From NCBI RefSeq assembly GCF_057098645.1, contig NZ_CM169472.1: a stretch of 64,000 nt of DNA; one strand, 5' to 3'. The position numbers were made by a program, and so were the translations under genes. Shown here one piece after another: positions 12,419 to 25,976 of the stretch; the stretch's first letter is position 1, and every line of letters starts with the position of its first letter. Under the pieces are notes generated by a model. That model was not told the origin of the DNA. It did not search any database and was given only the letters and a program-made list of their open reading frames with translations.

Positions 12419-13231
12419 TCAGCACTCAACAAACTGATGCTGTTCATTAAGACGATAGCGGACTCCGGCTCGAATATTGTTTTCACCTTCAATGGCGACG
12501 GCGAAACGAACTCTTTCGCCGTCATGATATGCCAGTGCGGCGCTTCCTCCTGGCCCGAGAATAATTGAGTCGACCACGCCCGTGCTCACTACCGTTGAAT
12601 TTTCACCGCTGGCAATGATGTGTACATTGTCGCCGCTGTTGGCAATTCTGGCGTTTGCGCCAAAGCTGGCGATTTGCACCAGGTCACCATTACTAGCGAC
12701 ATGACATCGTTCACCCAATGTACAAACGCGTACTCGCATTCCGGTATTCGCAATCCGACTGCTATCTCCAGCGCTGCTTATCCGCGAAGAATTGCCGGTT
12801 ACAGCAACCCGTGCGCGCTCACCGGAGCTGCCAATGTGACTGTTAAAGCCGACACTTCCAATCCGCACGCTATAACCCATACTGGCAATTTGTGCAGCAT
12901 ACCCAGCGGTTGCGATTCTGGCGTTATCCTCACAACAGCCGATGCGAGCATGATCGTCGCTGCGGGCAAACTGACTGCAAAATGGTATCTCTCCGGGGTC
13001 TGTGGCCAGTTTTTGCATAGAGGAAACTTCCTGATGCGCGAAGTTTTCATCCGCCAGCCATTTTTTCCACGCATACTCAACCAGACTCTCCGCCCAGTCC
13101 GTATATCCTTCCTCAATCAGTGCATGATGAATATCGGCATAACTACCGCCGCGTGGGAAATGGCGCAGGAACCAGCGATACATCACCGCTCCGATACGCC
13201 ATTCTCGCAGGTCTGCTCGTGTAATGATCAT
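12419..13231 (-). CDS. ydhT: Uncharacterized protein YdhT (9-residue tandem repeat protein)
   Basis: 270-aa ORF; last gene of the ydhVWXUT cluster. Confidence 0.85.
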   Translation of the reverse strand: MIITRADLREWRIGAVMYRWFLRHFPRGGSYADIHHALIEEGYTDWAESLVEYAWKKWLADENFAHQEVSSMQKLATDPGEIPFCSQFARSDDHARIGCCEDNARIATAGYAAQIASMGYSVRIGSVGFNSHIGSSGERARVAVTGNSSRISSAGDSSRIANTGMRVRVCTLGERCHVASNGDLVQIASFGANARIANSGDNVHIIASGENSTVVSTGVVDSIILGPGGSAALAYHDGERVRFAVAIEGENNIRAGVRYRLNEQHQFVEC

Positions 13232-13234
13232 TCG

Positions 13235-14020
13235 TTAGTGCCGGTGATAGCCATCGACCATGCTTTTAAAGGTTTCGTGTGGCGTACGCCCCGTGGTGCA
13301 AAGATAAAGATGACCGAAGATAAAAAAGAGGCTTATAAATGCCAGAGCAAAATGCGCCTGCAATAACCAGTATCTTACGCCAGGAAACACATCTCCCACG
13401 GCTTGCGGATAGAGACACAGCAGCCCCGTCAATAGTAACAACGGCAGCAATCCATACATGACACCAACATAGGCAACCTGCTGTAAGGGATTAAATTTAG
13501 ACTGGGTTGTTGCCGGGAAAGGATGTTCTTCCCCCTGCATAATGCCAAACAAATAAAATCGCGTTTGTTTTGCCGCCCGCTCCAGCCAACCCTGACGACG
13601 AATGCGATAGTGGTGGCCATTACCCCCAACGGCATTGATCAGAACAAAGCCAAGCCAGCATGCCAGTAACAAAAATCCGCAAACTTCATGCACCGCAACC
13701 AGACTTTTAACCGCAGTTGCGCCCACCAGCGCAAAGTGATTTATCAGCCCACTTGCCAGCAACAATACAAAGAGTAACGCATTCGACCAGTGCCATAATC
13801 TGACCGCTTTGCTGTAAAGATAAATCCTCTCACCATGATCGGTGGCTGATTTCTTCACGCCACGAGCACGAAGCAAGGCGTGCTGCCCCAGCACCAACCA
13901 CATCCCAACCAGCAATACTCCGGCAATGATCAACCACACCGGCCAAAATTCGGGAGTGAACTGTGGCACATAGTTCGCTAACTGGCTCTGAAACTGTTCA
14001 GCATGTTGCGACGGGTTCAT
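13235..14020 (-). CDS. ydhU: Membrane cytochrome b-like subunit YdhU (PhsC family)
   Basis: 261-aa multi-TM ORF. Confidence 0.85.
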   Translation of the reverse strand: MNPSQHAEQFQSQLANYVPQFTPEFWPVWLIIAGVLLVGMWLVLGQHALLRARGVKKSATDHGERIYLYSKAVRLWHWSNALLFVLLLASGLINHFALVGATAVKSLVAVHEVCGFLLLACWLGFVLINAVGGNGHHYRIRRQGWLERAAKQTRFYLFGIMQGEEHPFPATTQSKFNPLQQVAYVGVMYGLLPLLLLTGLLCLYPQAVGDVFPGVRYWLLQAHFALAFISLFFIFGHLYLCTTGRTPHETFKSMVDGYHRH

Positions 14021-14685
14021 ACATTTTCCTTTTTAATCAAATGTTGACCGAACCGGCGATACAGATGCGGTTTCCCGGCACCAGGTAGCTGATATTGATA
14101 GTATTTATTATCCTGCAACCACGCCTGAATTTCTGGGCTATCTTCGCGACCAAAGATCAATGCGTGTTCCGGGCAGGCGCTGACGCAAATGGGCGGAAAG
14201 CCTTTTGCCAGTCGGGACTCAGCGCAGAAATCACATTTATCTGCCACTTTAGTGACAGGGTTAAGGTAGCGAACCTGGTACGGACAAGCGCCAATGCAAT
14301 AACTGCAGCCGATGTACTGCGATTTTTCTACCCGCACGATCCCCTGCTCATCACGCCACGACGCCCCTGTCGGGCATACGTCGATGCACGGAGCATCTTC
14401 GCAGTGCTGACATGACTGGCGAAAAAAGTGATACTGCGTTTCGTTGTCGTTATCGGTGACTGGAATGTGTGCTATCGATAAACGGCTTCCCTGAGCGGGG
14501 ACGTGATTGGTTTTACGGCATGCGCGGGCGCAAATATTACAGCCATTGCACCGTGACTCGTCATGAATCATGGCATACCGAACTTCCTTTTCTTGCCTCG
14601 TGTTCGCTAACAGAGAAGACGCAGAACCAGTAAAAAAGATTACTGTTCCCATCCCCAGAACAAATTTGCGTCGAGTGAAGGACAT
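14017..14685 (-). CDS. ydhX: 4Fe-4S ferredoxin-like protein YdhX with Tat signal
   Basis: Start chosen at MSFTRRKFVLG (twin-arginine motif) with AGGGGA Shine-Dalgarno; multiple CxxCxxCxxxCP clusters; 4-bp overlap with ydhU. Confidence 0.85.
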   Translation of the reverse strand: MSFTRRKFVLGMGTVIFFTGSASSLLANTRQEKEVRYAMIHDESRCNGCNICARACRKTNHVPAQGSRLSIAHIPVTDNDNETQYHFFRQSCQHCEDAPCIDVCPTGASWRDEQGIVRVEKSQYIGCSYCIGACPYQVRYLNPVTKVADKCDFCAESRLAKGFPPICVSACPEHALIFGREDSPEIQAWLQDNKYYQYQLPGAGKPHLYRRFGQHLIKKENV

Positions 14686-14748
14686 CTGATTATCCCCTAA
14701 TGCAGTGGCTGCAACTGTCCACCCTATCCATGACATCTCCCTGAAATT

Positions 14749-15396
14749 TCAGGGGTTCTGAAACTGCTCTACCTCGAACCATTCGCATAAGCCATAAGCC
14801 TTGCCATAGGTCATAAATCGCTCGCTAAACAAGTACAACACCGCCGTCGATGACTCCACCTGCCGTATATCGGCATATTCAGGTGCAACATCCATCGCGG
14901 CGATCGCGGCTTCAATCTGCGCTTCCTGGAAGTAATATGGCGCTTGCATCAGCATGGCGACTTTGTAAGGACGAGGATACGTCTGGCACTCAAAACGAAC
15001 GGCGTGTGCAATGGCGCGACAAATGTCCTGCTCCACAACTTGCAAAGACATCGCCGCGTAGTTTTCACTCATGGCCTGCGTTGAGTAATAGTAATCATCC
15101 TGGCTTCCCGTCATACACGCGATATCCGCGTAGTCTCCGTTCTGCTTGATGTTTTCCAGCAAAACTGACAGTTCCTCTTCTGCAACCGAATAGGGTGGCG
15201 AGAGAAACACGGTGCGCGCCACCAGCTGCCCAGCCGCAGAATGCTGGCGAATGAACTCTGCCAGGATTTCAGCCGGTTCTGGTTCCGTTACCGTATCAAC
15301 GGGGTGACGCATCCCCTGCAACCATTGCCGCTTCGCCTCGTCAACTTCGCTGACTTTCGCTAACGGCAATTCATCCCGATGGTTCATCTTACCCAT
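14749..15396 (-). CDS. ydhW: Uncharacterized protein YdhW
   Basis: 215-aa ORF. Confidence 0.85.
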   Translation of the reverse strand: MGKMNHRDELPLAKVSEVDEAKRQWLQGMRHPVDTVTEPEPAEILAEFIRQHSAAGQLVARTVFLSPPYSVAEEELSVLLENIKQNGDYADIACMTGSQDDYYYSTQAMSENYAAMSLQVVEQDICRAIAHAVRFECQTYPRPYKVAMLMQAPYYFQEAQIEAAIAAMDVAPEYADIRQVESSTAVLYLFSERFMTYGKAYGLCEWFEVEQFQNP

Positions 15397-15399
15397 TCC

Positions 15400-17247
<1,848 letters not shown>

Positions 17248-17287
17248 TTACTGATTTAGTGTATGATGGTGTTTTTGAGGTGCTCCA

Positions 17288-17563
17288 GTGGCTTCTGTTT
17301 CTATCAGCTGTCCCTCCTGTTCAGCTACTGACGGGGTGGTGCGTAACGGCAAAAGCACCGCCGGACATCAGCGCTATCTCTGCTCTCACTGCCGTAAAAC
17401 ATGGCAACTGCAGTTCACTTACACCGCTTCTCAACCCGGTACGCACCAGAAAATCATTGATATGGCCATGAATGGCGTTGGATGCCGGGCAACCGCCCGC
17501 ATTATGGGCGTTGGCCTCAACACGATTTTCCGCCATTTAAAAAACTCAGGCCGCAGTCGGTAA
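17288..17563 (+). CDS. insA: IS1 InsA
   Basis: 91-aa [42 protein letters not shown]... Confidence 0.95.
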   Translation: MASVSISCPSCSATDGVVRNGKSTAGHQRYLCSHCRKTWQLQFTYTASQPGTHQKIIDMAMNGVGCRATARIMGVGLNTIFRHLKNSGRSR

Positions 17564-17985
17564 CCTCGCGCATACAGCCGGGCAGTGACGTCATCGTCTG
17601 CGCGGAAATGGACGAACAGTGGGGATACGTCGGGGCTAAATCGCGCCAGCGCTGGCTGTTTTACGCGTATGACAGGCTCCGGAAGACGGTTGTTGCGCAC
17701 GTATTCGGTGAACGCACTATGGCGACGCTGGGGCGTCTTATGAGCCTGCTGTCACCCTTTGACGTGGTGATATGGATGACGGATGGCTGGCCGCTGTATG
17801 AATCCCGCCTGAAGGGAAAGCTGCACGTAATCAGCAAGCGATATACGCAGCGAATTGAGCGGCATAACCTGAATCTGAGGCAGCACCTGGCACGGCTGGG
17901 ACGGAAGTCGCTGTCGTTCTCAAAATCGGTGGAGCTGCATGACAAAGTCATCGGGCATTATCTGAACATAAAACACTATCAATAA
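17482..17985 (+). CDS. insB: IS1 InsB reading frame (expressed as InsAB' by -1 frameshift)
   Basis: InsB frame ...[21 protein letters not shown]...; A6C slippery motif AAAAAAC at 17539-17545. Confidence 0.9.
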   Translation: MPGNRPHYGRWPQHDFPPFKKLRPQSVTSRIQPGSDVIVCAEMDEQWGYVGAKSRQRWLFYAYDRLRKTVVAHVFGERTMATLGRLMSLLSPFDVVIWMTDGWPLYESRLKGKLHVISKRYTQRIERHNLNLRQHLARLGRKSLSFSKSVELHDKVIGHYLNIKHYQ

Positions 17986-18133
17986 GTTGGAGTCATTACC
18001 TACGCTGCTGACTCTGTCCCCAACACCAGATATTTTCCCTAACCCGATAGTGTATGAGAAAAGATTTAACGCCGATAAACTAATCCTTTATGGTTAGGAG
18101 AAAAAATAATGTGGTTATTCTGGGCTCTTAACA

Positions 18134-18147
18134 TTGATCATTATCAA
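18134..18147. promoter_or_regulatory. FNR box (TTGAT-N4-ATCAA), probable remnant of the ydhY operon promoter
   Basis: Perfect TTGATcattATCAA; the ydhYVWXUT operon is established as FNR-activated. Confidence 0.55.
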
Positions 18148-18387
18148 TTAAAATTACAAAGCAAGAAATTATAAGTGAACTGATATTTATTATCATTTGA
18201 AATAAATTTAACTTAAGCGACAATTATTTGTGACGGTCATTGCAGAAAATAAAAATAATATTATCGCTATAAATTAAAATACATACCGAAATTCGTATAA
18301 TTTCAGCAGTTGTTATTTAGAATGATTAACTGGACCGCAACTGAAGCAAGAATATCAGGATGAAGCTTATCGCCTCATCCTGAATGG

Positions 18388-18597
18388 TCATTTTACCAGT
18401 GCGTTAATGACGGTTTCCATCGCCTGCTTTTCCAGCTCACTGCGCTGAATGCGTTTATTGGCTAATGCTGTACGTAATACGCCTGCGATAACAATATGCT
18501 TTGGTTCCTGCCCCAGATCGCGCATTTCCAGCACAACTTTACCGACAACTCTGCACATTTCTCGGTACAGTTCATCCTCTTTTGTCCGATTTCCCAT
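18388..18597 (-). CDS. ydhZ: Small protein YdhZ (FumD)
   Basis: 69-aa ORF MGNRTKEDELYREMCRVVGKVVLEMRDLGQEPKH... Confidence 0.85.
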   Translation of the reverse strand: MGNRTKEDELYREMCRVVGKVVLEMRDLGQEPKHIVIAGVLRTALANKRIQRSELEKQAMETVINALVK

Positions 18598-18911
18598 TCT
18601 TTATACCTATTTATCATGCCAACTATCAGCATATATCAATCTAACCAATTAAACAAAAATCAAACAAAATCAGACAAATAACGCGATAAATTATTTTAAC
18701 TGTAGCAATTGAGCGATGATGTATTTATACACCGGATGAACTTTCACTTATCTTCACAGTGACAACCCCGGCACCAGACGTTGCGCAAACAGCGAAGTTT
18801 TTGCGTAACCTTTTCCCTGGAACGTTAAATCTTTGATAACAATTTATTGTCTAACAAGTTGTATATTTTTTGAAACGCTGTTTTTGTTTTCCTTTTGGAT
18901 TAATTTCAGCG

Positions 18912-18949
18912 TATAATGCGCACCAATTGACTCTTGAATGGTTTCAGCA
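18912..18949 (+). promoter_or_regulatory. pykF promoter -10 (TATAAT 18912-18917) with downstream Cra/FruR operator (18934-18949)
   Basis: TATAAT hexamer followed by TTGAATGGTTTCAGCA resembling the Cra TGAA-N4-TTCA palindrome; pykF is a known Cra-repressed gene. Confidence 0.5.
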
Positions 18950-19153
18950 CTTTGGACTGTAGAACTCAACGACTCAAAAACAGGCACTCACGTTGGGCTG
19001 AGACACAAGCACACATTCCTCTGCACGCTTTTTCGATGTCACCTATCCTTAAAGCGAGGCACCACCACTTTCGTAATACCGGATTCGCTTTCCGGCAGTG
19101 CGCCCAGAAAGCAAGTTTCTCCCATCCTTCTCAACTTAAAGACTAAGACTGTC

Positions 19154-20566
19154 ATGAAAAAGACCAAAATTGTTTGCACCATCGGACCGAAAACCGAATC
19201 TGAAGAGATGTTAGCTAAAATGCTGGACGCTGGCATGAACGTTATGCGTCTGAACTTCTCTCATGGTGACTATGCAGAACACGGTCAGCGCATTCAGAAT
19301 CTGCGCAACGTGATGAGCAAAACTGGTAAAACCGCCGCTATCCTGCTTGATACCAAAGGTCCGGAAATCCGCACCATGAAACTGGAAGGCGGTAACGACG
19401 TTTCTCTGAAAGCTGGTCAGACCTTTACTTTCACTACTGATAAATCTGTTATCGGCAACAGCGAAATGGTTGCGGTAACGTATGAAGGTTTCACAACTGA
19501 CCTGTCTGTTGGCAACACCGTACTGGTTGACGATGGTCTGATCGGTATGGAAGTTACTGCCATTGAAGGTAACAAAGTTATCTGTAAAGTGCTGAACAAC
19601 GGCGACCTGGGTGAAAACAAAGGTGTGAACCTGCCTGGCGTTTCCATTGCCCTGCCAGCACTGGCTGAAAAAGACAAACAGGACCTGATCTTTGGTTGCG
19701 AACAAGGCGTAGACTTTGTCGCTGCTTCCTTTATTCGTAAGCGTTCTGACGTTATCGAAATCCGTGAGCACCTGAAAGCGCACGGCGGCGAAAACATCCA
19801 CATCATCTCCAAAATCGAAAACCAGGAAGGCCTCAACAACTTCGACGAAATCCTCGAAGCCTCTGACGGCATCATGGTTGCGCGTGGCGACCTGGGTGTA
19901 GAAATCCCGGTAGAAGAAGTTATCTTCGCCCAGAAGATGATGATCGAAAAATGTATCCGTGCACGTAAAGTCGTTATCACTGCGACCCAGATGCTGGATT
20001 CCATGATCAAAAACCCACGCCCGACTCGCGCAGAAGCCGGTGACGTTGCAAACGCCATCCTCGACGGTACTGACGCAGTGATGCTGTCTGGTGAATCCGC
20101 AAAAGGTAAATACCCGCTGGAAGCGGTTTCTATCATGGCGACCATCTGCGAACGTACCGACCGCGTGATGAACAGCCGTCTCGAGTTCAACAATGACAAC
20201 CGTAAACTGCGCATTACCGAAGCGGTATGCCGTGGTGCCGTTGAAACTGCTGAAAAACTAGATGCTCCGCTGATCGTGGTTGCTACCCAGGGCGGTAAAT
20301 CTGCTCGCGCAGTACGTAAATACTTCCCGGATGCCACCATCCTGGCACTGACCACCAACGAAAAAACGGCTCATCAGTTGGTACTGAGCAAAGGCGTTGT
20401 GCCGCAGCTGGTTAAAGAGATCACTTCTACTGATGATTTCTACCGTCTGGGTAAAGAACTGGCTCTGCAGAGCGGTCTGGCACACAAAGGTGACGTTGTA
20501 GTTATGGTTTCTGGTGCACTGGTACCGAGCGGCACTACTAACACCGCATCTGTTCACGTCCTGTAA
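19154..20566 (+). CDS. pykF: Pyruvate kinase I
   Basis: 470-aa [23 protein letters not shown]...; the ORF-track 5' extension is rejected. Confidence 0.97.
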
Positions 20567-20596
20567 TATTGCTTTTGTGAATTAATTTGTATATCG

Positions 20597-20623
20597 AAGC
20601 GCCCTGATGGGCGCTTTTTTTAT
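20597..20623 (+). terminator. Rho-independent terminator after pykF
   Basis: AAGCGCCC-tgat-GGGCGCTT followed by TTTTTTT. Confidence 0.75.
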
Positions 20624-20802
20624 TTAATCGATAACCAGAAGCAATAAAAAATCAAATCGGATTTCACTATATAATCTCACTTTATCTAAGATGAATCCGA
20701 TGGAAGCATCCTGTTTTCTCTCAATTTTTTTATCTAAAACCCAGCGTTCGATGCTTCTTTGAGCGAACGATCAAAAATAAGTGCCTTCCCATCAAAAAAA
20801 TA

Positions 20803-20831
20803 TTCTCAACATAAAAAAGTTTGTGTAATAC
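20803..20831 (+). promoter_or_regulatory. lpp promoter
   Basis: TTCTCA, 17-bp spacer, TAATAC in an A-rich UP-like context about 45 bp upstream of lpp. Confidence 0.6.
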
Positions 20832-20864
20832 TTGTAACGCTACATGGAGATTAACTCAATCTAG

Positions 20865-21113
<249 letters not shown>

Positions 21114-21129
21114 TAGTACCTGTGAAGTG

Positions 21130-21161
21130 AAAAATGGCGCACATTGTGCGCCATTTTTTTG
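21130..21161. terminator. Bidirectional rho-independent terminator shared by convergent lpp and ldtE
   Basis: AAAAATGGCGCACA-tt-GTGCGCCATTTTTTT, with an A-run on one side and a T-run on the other. Confidence 0.8.
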
Positions 21162-21175
21162 TCTGCTATTTACCA

Positions 21176-22180
21176 TTACTGCGTCGCGCGTAACATATTC
21201 CCTTGCTCTGGTTCACCATTCTGCGCTGACTCTACTGAAGGCGCATTGCTGGCTGTGGGAGTTGCTCCACTGCTCACCGCAACCGGATACCCTGCCCGAC
21301 GATACAACGCTTTATCGACTAACTTCTGATCTACAGCCTTATTGTCTTTAAATTGCGTAAAGCCTGCTGGCAGTGTGTATGGCATTGTCTGAACGTTCTG
21401 CTGTTCTTCTGCCGATAGTGGTCGATGTACTTCAACATAACGCATCCCGTTAGGCTCCACGGAATATTTCACCGGTTCGTTGATCACTTTCACCGGCGTT
21501 CCCGTCCGCACGCTGGAGAACAAGGCTTTAATATCCGGTGCATTCATGCGAATACACCCTGAACTGACGCGCAAACCGACGCTGTCCGGCGCACTGGTGC
21601 CATGAATGAGGTATTCGCCATTACCATGCGCGAGGCGCAGTGCGTAACGTCCTAGCGGGTTATTTGGTCCGGCAGGAACGACTGGCGGTAATTTAATGCC
21701 ACGCTCCAGCGAACGTTGACGAATGCCTGCCGTAGGCGTCCAGGTTGGGTTAGGGATTTTCTGCCCCACACGCGTTTCCATCACCGGCGTTTCCAGCCCC
21801 TGCAAGCCAATACCTATCGGATAAACCTGCACGATATTTTCTCCCGGCGGATAATAATAAAGGCGCAGCTCTGCAAGGTTAACGATAATCCCCTGACGCG
21901 GCGCATCAGGTAATAACAGTTGCGAAGGAATAGTTATCGTCGTACCGGGTTTTGGCACCGGGGCGATAGTGTTATTGGCTTCAAGGATCAACATTGCCGC
22001 AGTATCAAAACGTCGGGCGATGGCCTGAAGGTTTTTATCCCCTTCCTGCACCGTATACGTTTGATTTTGCCCAACCAGTCGGCTTCCGGTTGGTGGTAGC
22101 GGATAATCAACCGCCCAGGCAGCCTGGATGGCGCTAAAAGCGCCGATAAGCGTGAGTGTAAGCAAAGACGCACGTTTCAT
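21176..22180 (-). CDS. ldtE: L,D-transpeptidase LdtE (YnhG)
   Basis: 334-aa ORF with signal peptide and catalytic region ...[20 protein letters not shown]... Confidence 0.9.
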   Translation of the reverse strand: MKRASLLTLTLIGAFSAIQAAWAVDYPLPPTGSRLVGQNQTYTVQEGDKNLQAIARRFDTAAMLILEANNTIAPVPKPGTTITIPSQLLLPDAPRQGIIVNLAELRLYYYPPGENIVQVYPIGIGLQGLETPVMETRVGQKIPNPTWTPTAGIRQRSLERGIKLPPVVPAGPNNPLGRYALRLAHGNGEYLIHGTSAPDSVGLRVSSGCIRMNAPDIKALFSSVRTGTPVKVINEPVKYSVEPNGMRYVEVHRPLSAEEQQNVQTMPYTLPAGFTQFKDNKAVDQKLVDKALYRRAGYPVAVSSGATPTASNAPSVESAQNGEPEQGNMLRATQ

Positions 22181-22328
22181 TGTAAACCTCCTGTATTTGC
22201 CGGAGACTCACGCTGAAACGTCGGATGGCGCTTATGTTCACCTGAAACCGAAACACTCCTGTGCAGGTCAGTGTAAACATTGACCATCCGGCAATGTGAG
22301 CCAACCGGATGAAAGCTGTCCCTTTAGT

Positions 22329-22745
22329 TTAGCTAAGTGCAGCGGCTTTGGCGCGAATTGCGCGAATCATCGCTTCCAGACCTTGTGAACGAGATGGGGT
22401 GAGATGTTGGGTGAGCGCCATTTTTTCAAACCACGGACGCACATCGAAATTGACAATATCCTGCGGCGTCATCTGATCGTAGAGAATAAATACGACCGCA
22501 ATAAGCCCTTTTACAATCGCCGCATCGCTGTCGCCTTGCAATTCAATAATTCCCTGCGCATTCTGGCGCATGACAATCCACACCTGACTCTGGCAACCCT
22601 GAATGCTATTTTGTGGGCTTCTGTCTTCGTCGCGTAATTCTGGCAGACGCTGGCCCAGCTCAATAATGTAGAGATATTTCTCTTCCCAGTTGGCGCAGCG
22701 TAAAAAATTACGCAGCAATTTTTCTTTATCCGGCAATAAAGCCAT
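22329..22745 (-). CDS. sufE: Sulfur acceptor SufE
   Basis: 138-aa [34 protein letters not shown]... Confidence 0.95.
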
Positions 22746-22757
22746 AGTGCCTCCCTG

Positions 22758-23978
22758 TTATCCCAGCAGACGGTGAATACGTTGCAGGCCGGTCACCAGA
22801 CGATCCACTTCTTCATGGGTGTTATACATGGCCAGCGACGCCCGACACATCGCAGGGACGTTGTAATAGGCCATTAATGGCATAGCGCAGTGATGTCCGG
22901 TACGCACAGCAATGCCGTAATTATCGAGAAAACTGCCAACATCATAGGCGTGGTGTTTACCGAGATTAAAAGCAATAACGCCAAGCCTGTTCTGCGGACC
23001 ATAGAGAGTGAGATCCGGTACAGATTCCAACTGTGATAGCGCGTAATGCATCAGATTCTGTTCATACTCGGCTATGTTATTAAGCCCCAGCGCCGAAACA
23101 TACTCCAGCGCCGCGCCAAGACCAATGATGCCCCCGGTATTGGGTGTACCGGCTTCAAACCGCCATGGTGCTTTGGTCCAGGTAGTGCCTTCACTCAGGC
23201 TGACGGTGGCCATCATAGAACCGCCCCCTTCCCACGGCGGCATCTCCTGCAACAAGGCTTCTTTCACATAAAGAATGCCAATTCCGGTGGGGCCATACAG
23301 TTTATGCCCGGAGAACACGTAAAAGTCGCAATCCAGCGCCCGAACATCCACCGGATGATGCATCACCGCCTGAGCGCCATCCACCAGCACTTTTGCGCCA
23401 TGCTGGTGCGCAAGCGTGATCATTTCCGCCAGCGGATTTTCTGTTCCCATCACGTTGGAGACATGAGTAATTGCCAGCAGGCGAGTTTTCTCATCGAACA
23501 GATTAGGCAGCGTCTCCAGTTGCAACGTACCGTCGGGGTTGAGCGGGATCACACGCAGCTCTGCGCCAACGCGTGCGCAAAGCATCTGCCAGGGAACAAT
23601 GTTAGCGTGGTGCTCCATCTGACTTATGATGATGTTATCGCCCGCCCGCACGTTGCTGTTGCCCCAGCTATTGGCGACCAGATTGATCCCTTCCGTCGTG
23701 CCGCGGACGAACACCAGCTCTTCCGCCGAACGGGCATTAATAAACAGCGATGCCCGCTTGCGCACGTTCTCCATTTTCTCGGTCGCCTGGGCGCTTAAGG
23801 TATGAATACCACGATGCACCGCCGCGTAGCCATGACGATAAAACTCGGCCTCGGCGTCAATCACCTGGCTCGGTTTCTGCGCACTGGCGGCGCTGTCGAG
23901 ATAAGCCAGCGGCAAACCGTTTACCTCACGCGAAAGCACCGGAAAGTCGGCCCGCACTTTGTCGACGGAAAAAGTCAT
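22758..23978 (-). CDS. sufS: Cysteine desulfurase SufS
   Basis: 406-aa PLP-enzyme ORF. Confidence 0.96.
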   Translation of the reverse strand: MTFSVDKVRADFPVLSREVNGLPLAYLDSAASAQKPSQVIDAEAEFYRHGYAAVHRGIHTLSAQATEKMENVRKRASLFINARSAEELVFVRGTTEGINLVANSWGNSNVRAGDNIIISQMEHHANIVPWQMLCARVGAELRVIPLNPDGTLQLETLPNLFDEKTRLLAITHVSNVMGTENPLAEMITLAHQHGAKVLVDGAQAVMHHPVDVRALDCDFYVFSGHKLYGPTGIGILYVKEALLQEMPPWEGGGSMMATVSLSEGTTWTKAPWRFEAGTPNTGGIIGLGAALEYVSALGLNNIAEYEQNLMHYALSQLESVPDLTLYGPQNRLGVIAFNLGKHHAYDVGSFLDNYGIAVRTGHHCAMPLMAYYNVPAMCRASLAMYNTHEEVDRLVTGLQRIHRLLG

Positions 23979-25246
23979 CTTGCACCTCCTGGCAGCCGTT
24001 GACCGATTCGGGCCAGCACCTGCTGTTTAAGCCCCTCATCACGCAGTGCTTCCGTCAGTTCGGCAGCAAAGGCGTAAATGATCATCTGCTGGGCATCCTG
24101 CTGATTGATCCCGCGCGAGCGCAGATAGAACATCTGTTCATCATCAATACGCCCCACCGTCGCGCCGTGGCTGCATTTCACATCATCTGCATAGATTTCC
24201 AGCTGCGGTTTCGTATCCACTTCCGCCAGTTTGCCCATCAGCAGATTATTGTTGGTCATCTGACCATCCGTTTTGATGGCGTGCTGCGCGACGTTGATCA
24301 AACCGTTAAATACCGCGCGGCCTTTGTCGCTGACGATAGTTTTGTGCAACTGTCGGCTGTTACAAAAACCTTTATTGTGTTCCAGCCAGGTACGGGTATC
24401 ACACACCTCGTTTTTCACCGGCATCGCCAGGCTATTGATCCGCAACATGCTGTTTTCGCCATTGAGTTGCGTACTGGTGTTGTGTCGTAACACTGCGCCA
24501 CCCAGCAGGAAACTGTGGCTAAATGCGGTGGCATCGTCAGCCAGCAACAAATCGTTATGGGCAAAGTGGTGACTGACCGGGTTTTCAAACGCCAGCTTGA
24601 TATGCTGCAAGTGGGCATTCGCTGCGACGTTGATAGTGAACCGTGCCCCGGTAAAATGACGAGCATCATTAAGGCTGACAAAATGTTCGATCACCGTTGC
24701 TTCGGCACCTTCCGCCAGATCCAGATGATGTCGGTAATGGGCAGTGTTCACCTCTTCACCTGCCACGCCCTGGGTGATATGCATTAACAGCAATGGCTTT
24801 GCCGGCCGTTGACCGCGCTTCACGGCGATATGCGTCACGCTTTGTGCCAGGCTTTCCGTCAAATGCAGAAACACTTCCGCCTGAATAGCATCGGGTAACC
24901 CCTGACGGTCGTCGTTAATGCTCACTTCATACCCGCTGCCTTCAGTCGCATCGCTCAGCGCAGGCACGTAACGTCCATCGACAAACACCAGCCGCACGGC
25001 GTCTAACGTTAACGCTAAGGCATCTCGCTGCTGTGGGGATATCTCTCCCGCAATGCTGACAAACTGACTATTGGTCAGCCCTTCCAGCGGCGTATATTTC
25101 CAGTTTTCATGTTTACGTGTCGGCAGTCCGGTACGCAGCAATTGTTGTAAATGCTGTTGTGCTTGCGGGGAACGTTTCACCCCTTCAGCTTCAAACAAAT
25201 GATGCCACTGTTGCAGTGCGTTACTGCTGTTCGGTAAGCCAGCCAT
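23975..25246 (-). CDS. sufD: Fe-S cluster assembly protein SufD
   Basis: 423-aa ORF; 4-bp overlap with sufS. Confidence 0.95.
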   Translation of the reverse strand: MAGLPNSSNALQQWHHLFEAEGVKRSPQAQQHLQQLLRTGLPTRKHENWKYTPLEGLTNSQFVSIAGEISPQQRDALALTLDAVRLVFVDGRYVPALSDATEGSGYEVSINDDRQGLPDAIQAEVFLHLTESLAQSVTHIAVKRGQRPAKPLLLMHITQGVAGEEVNTAHYRHHLDLAEGAEATVIEHFVSLNDARHFTGARFTINVAANAHLQHIKLAFENPVSHHFAHNDLLLADDATAFSHSFLLGGAVLRHNTSTQLNGENSMLRINSLAMPVKNEVCDTRTWLEHNKGFCNSRQLHKTIVSDKGRAVFNGLINVAQHAIKTDGQMTNNNLLMGKLAEVDTKPQLEIYADDVKCSHGATVGRIDDEQMFYLRSRGINQQDAQQMIIYAFAAELTEALRDEGLKQQVLARIGQRLPGGAR

Positions 25247-25967
25247 AACCCTGCTCCTCCAGTTGTTTGACCAACGTGAAATCGCCGGATTTCACAATTC
25301 GTCCCTGATATAGCACATGGACGTAATCAGGCTTGATGTAGTCGAGAATGCGTTGGTAGTGCGTAACAATGATGAATGAGCGCTTGCCGTCACGCAGCGA
25401 GTTCACGCCATCGGCAACCACTTTTAATGCGTCAATATCCAGCCCGGAGTCCGATTCATCAAGAATGCATAACCCCGGTTCCAGCACCGCCATTTGCAAA
25501 ATATCGTTGCGCTTTTTCTCGCCGCCGGAAAAACCAACGTTTACCGAACGGGTTAATAAATCTTCCGGCATCTTCAGGAGAGCGATTTTCTCTTCCATCA
25601 AATCCTGAAAATCAAAGCGGTCGAGCGTTTCCTGGCCGCGATAGCTGCGCACCGCATTAAGTGCCGTTTGCAGGAAAAACTGGTTACTGACACCTGGAAT
25701 CTCCACCGGATACTGGAAGGCCATAAAGATGCCTTCGCCTGCACGATCTTCCGGCGACAGCGCAAGCAAATCTTTGCCTTTGAACTCAACCGTGCCGCCC
25801 GTCACTTCATAATCTTCGCGCCCGGCAAGCGTTGCCGATAAGGTACTTTTGCCCGAACCGTTTGGCCCCATAATGGCGTGAACTTCGCCGGGACGAACGT
25901 CGAGGCTTAATCCGCGCAGAATAGCTTTATCTTCCACGCTGACGTGTAAACCTTTAATACTTAACAT
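25221..25967 (-). CDS. sufC: Fe-S cluster assembly ATPase SufC
   Basis: 248-aa ORF with Walker A GPNGSGKST; overlaps sufD start. Confidence 0.96.
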   Translation of the reverse strand: MLSIKGLHVSVEDKAILRGLSLDVRPGEVHAIMGPNGSGKSTLSATLAGREDYEVTGGTVEFKGKDLLALSPEDRAGEGIFMAFQYPVEIPGVSNQFFLQTALNAVRSYRGQETLDRFDFQDLMEEKIALLKMPEDLLTRSVNVGFSGGEKKRNDILQMAVLEPGLCILDESDSGLDIDALKVVADGVNSLRDGKRSFIIVTHYQRILDYIKPDYVHVLYQGRIVKSGDFTLVKQLEEQGYGWLTEQQ

Positions 25968-25976
25968 GTTTATTCC

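Noticed and set aside
17259-17700. Extra ORFs inside IS1 (17259-17471 plus, 17321-17536 minus, 17431-17700 minus)
   Set aside because: They are alternative frames of the insA/insB region; only InsA and InsAB' are established IS1 products.
18938-19153. N-terminal extensions offered by the ORF track for pykF, sufB, ydiJ, aroH, ydiQ, ydiL, ydiE, ydiH, pheS and rpmI
   Set aside because: The internal start codons reproduce the known protein N-termini and have better Shine-Dalgarno spacing; the extensions are upstream in-frame sequence without translation signals.
22181-22328. REP-like palindrome in the sufE-ldtE spacer (CATCCGG...CCGGATG)
   Set aside because: It lacks the GCCGGATG...CTTATCCGGCCTAC REP consensus and has no T-tract; possibly a weak stem-loop but not convincing as a REP or terminator.
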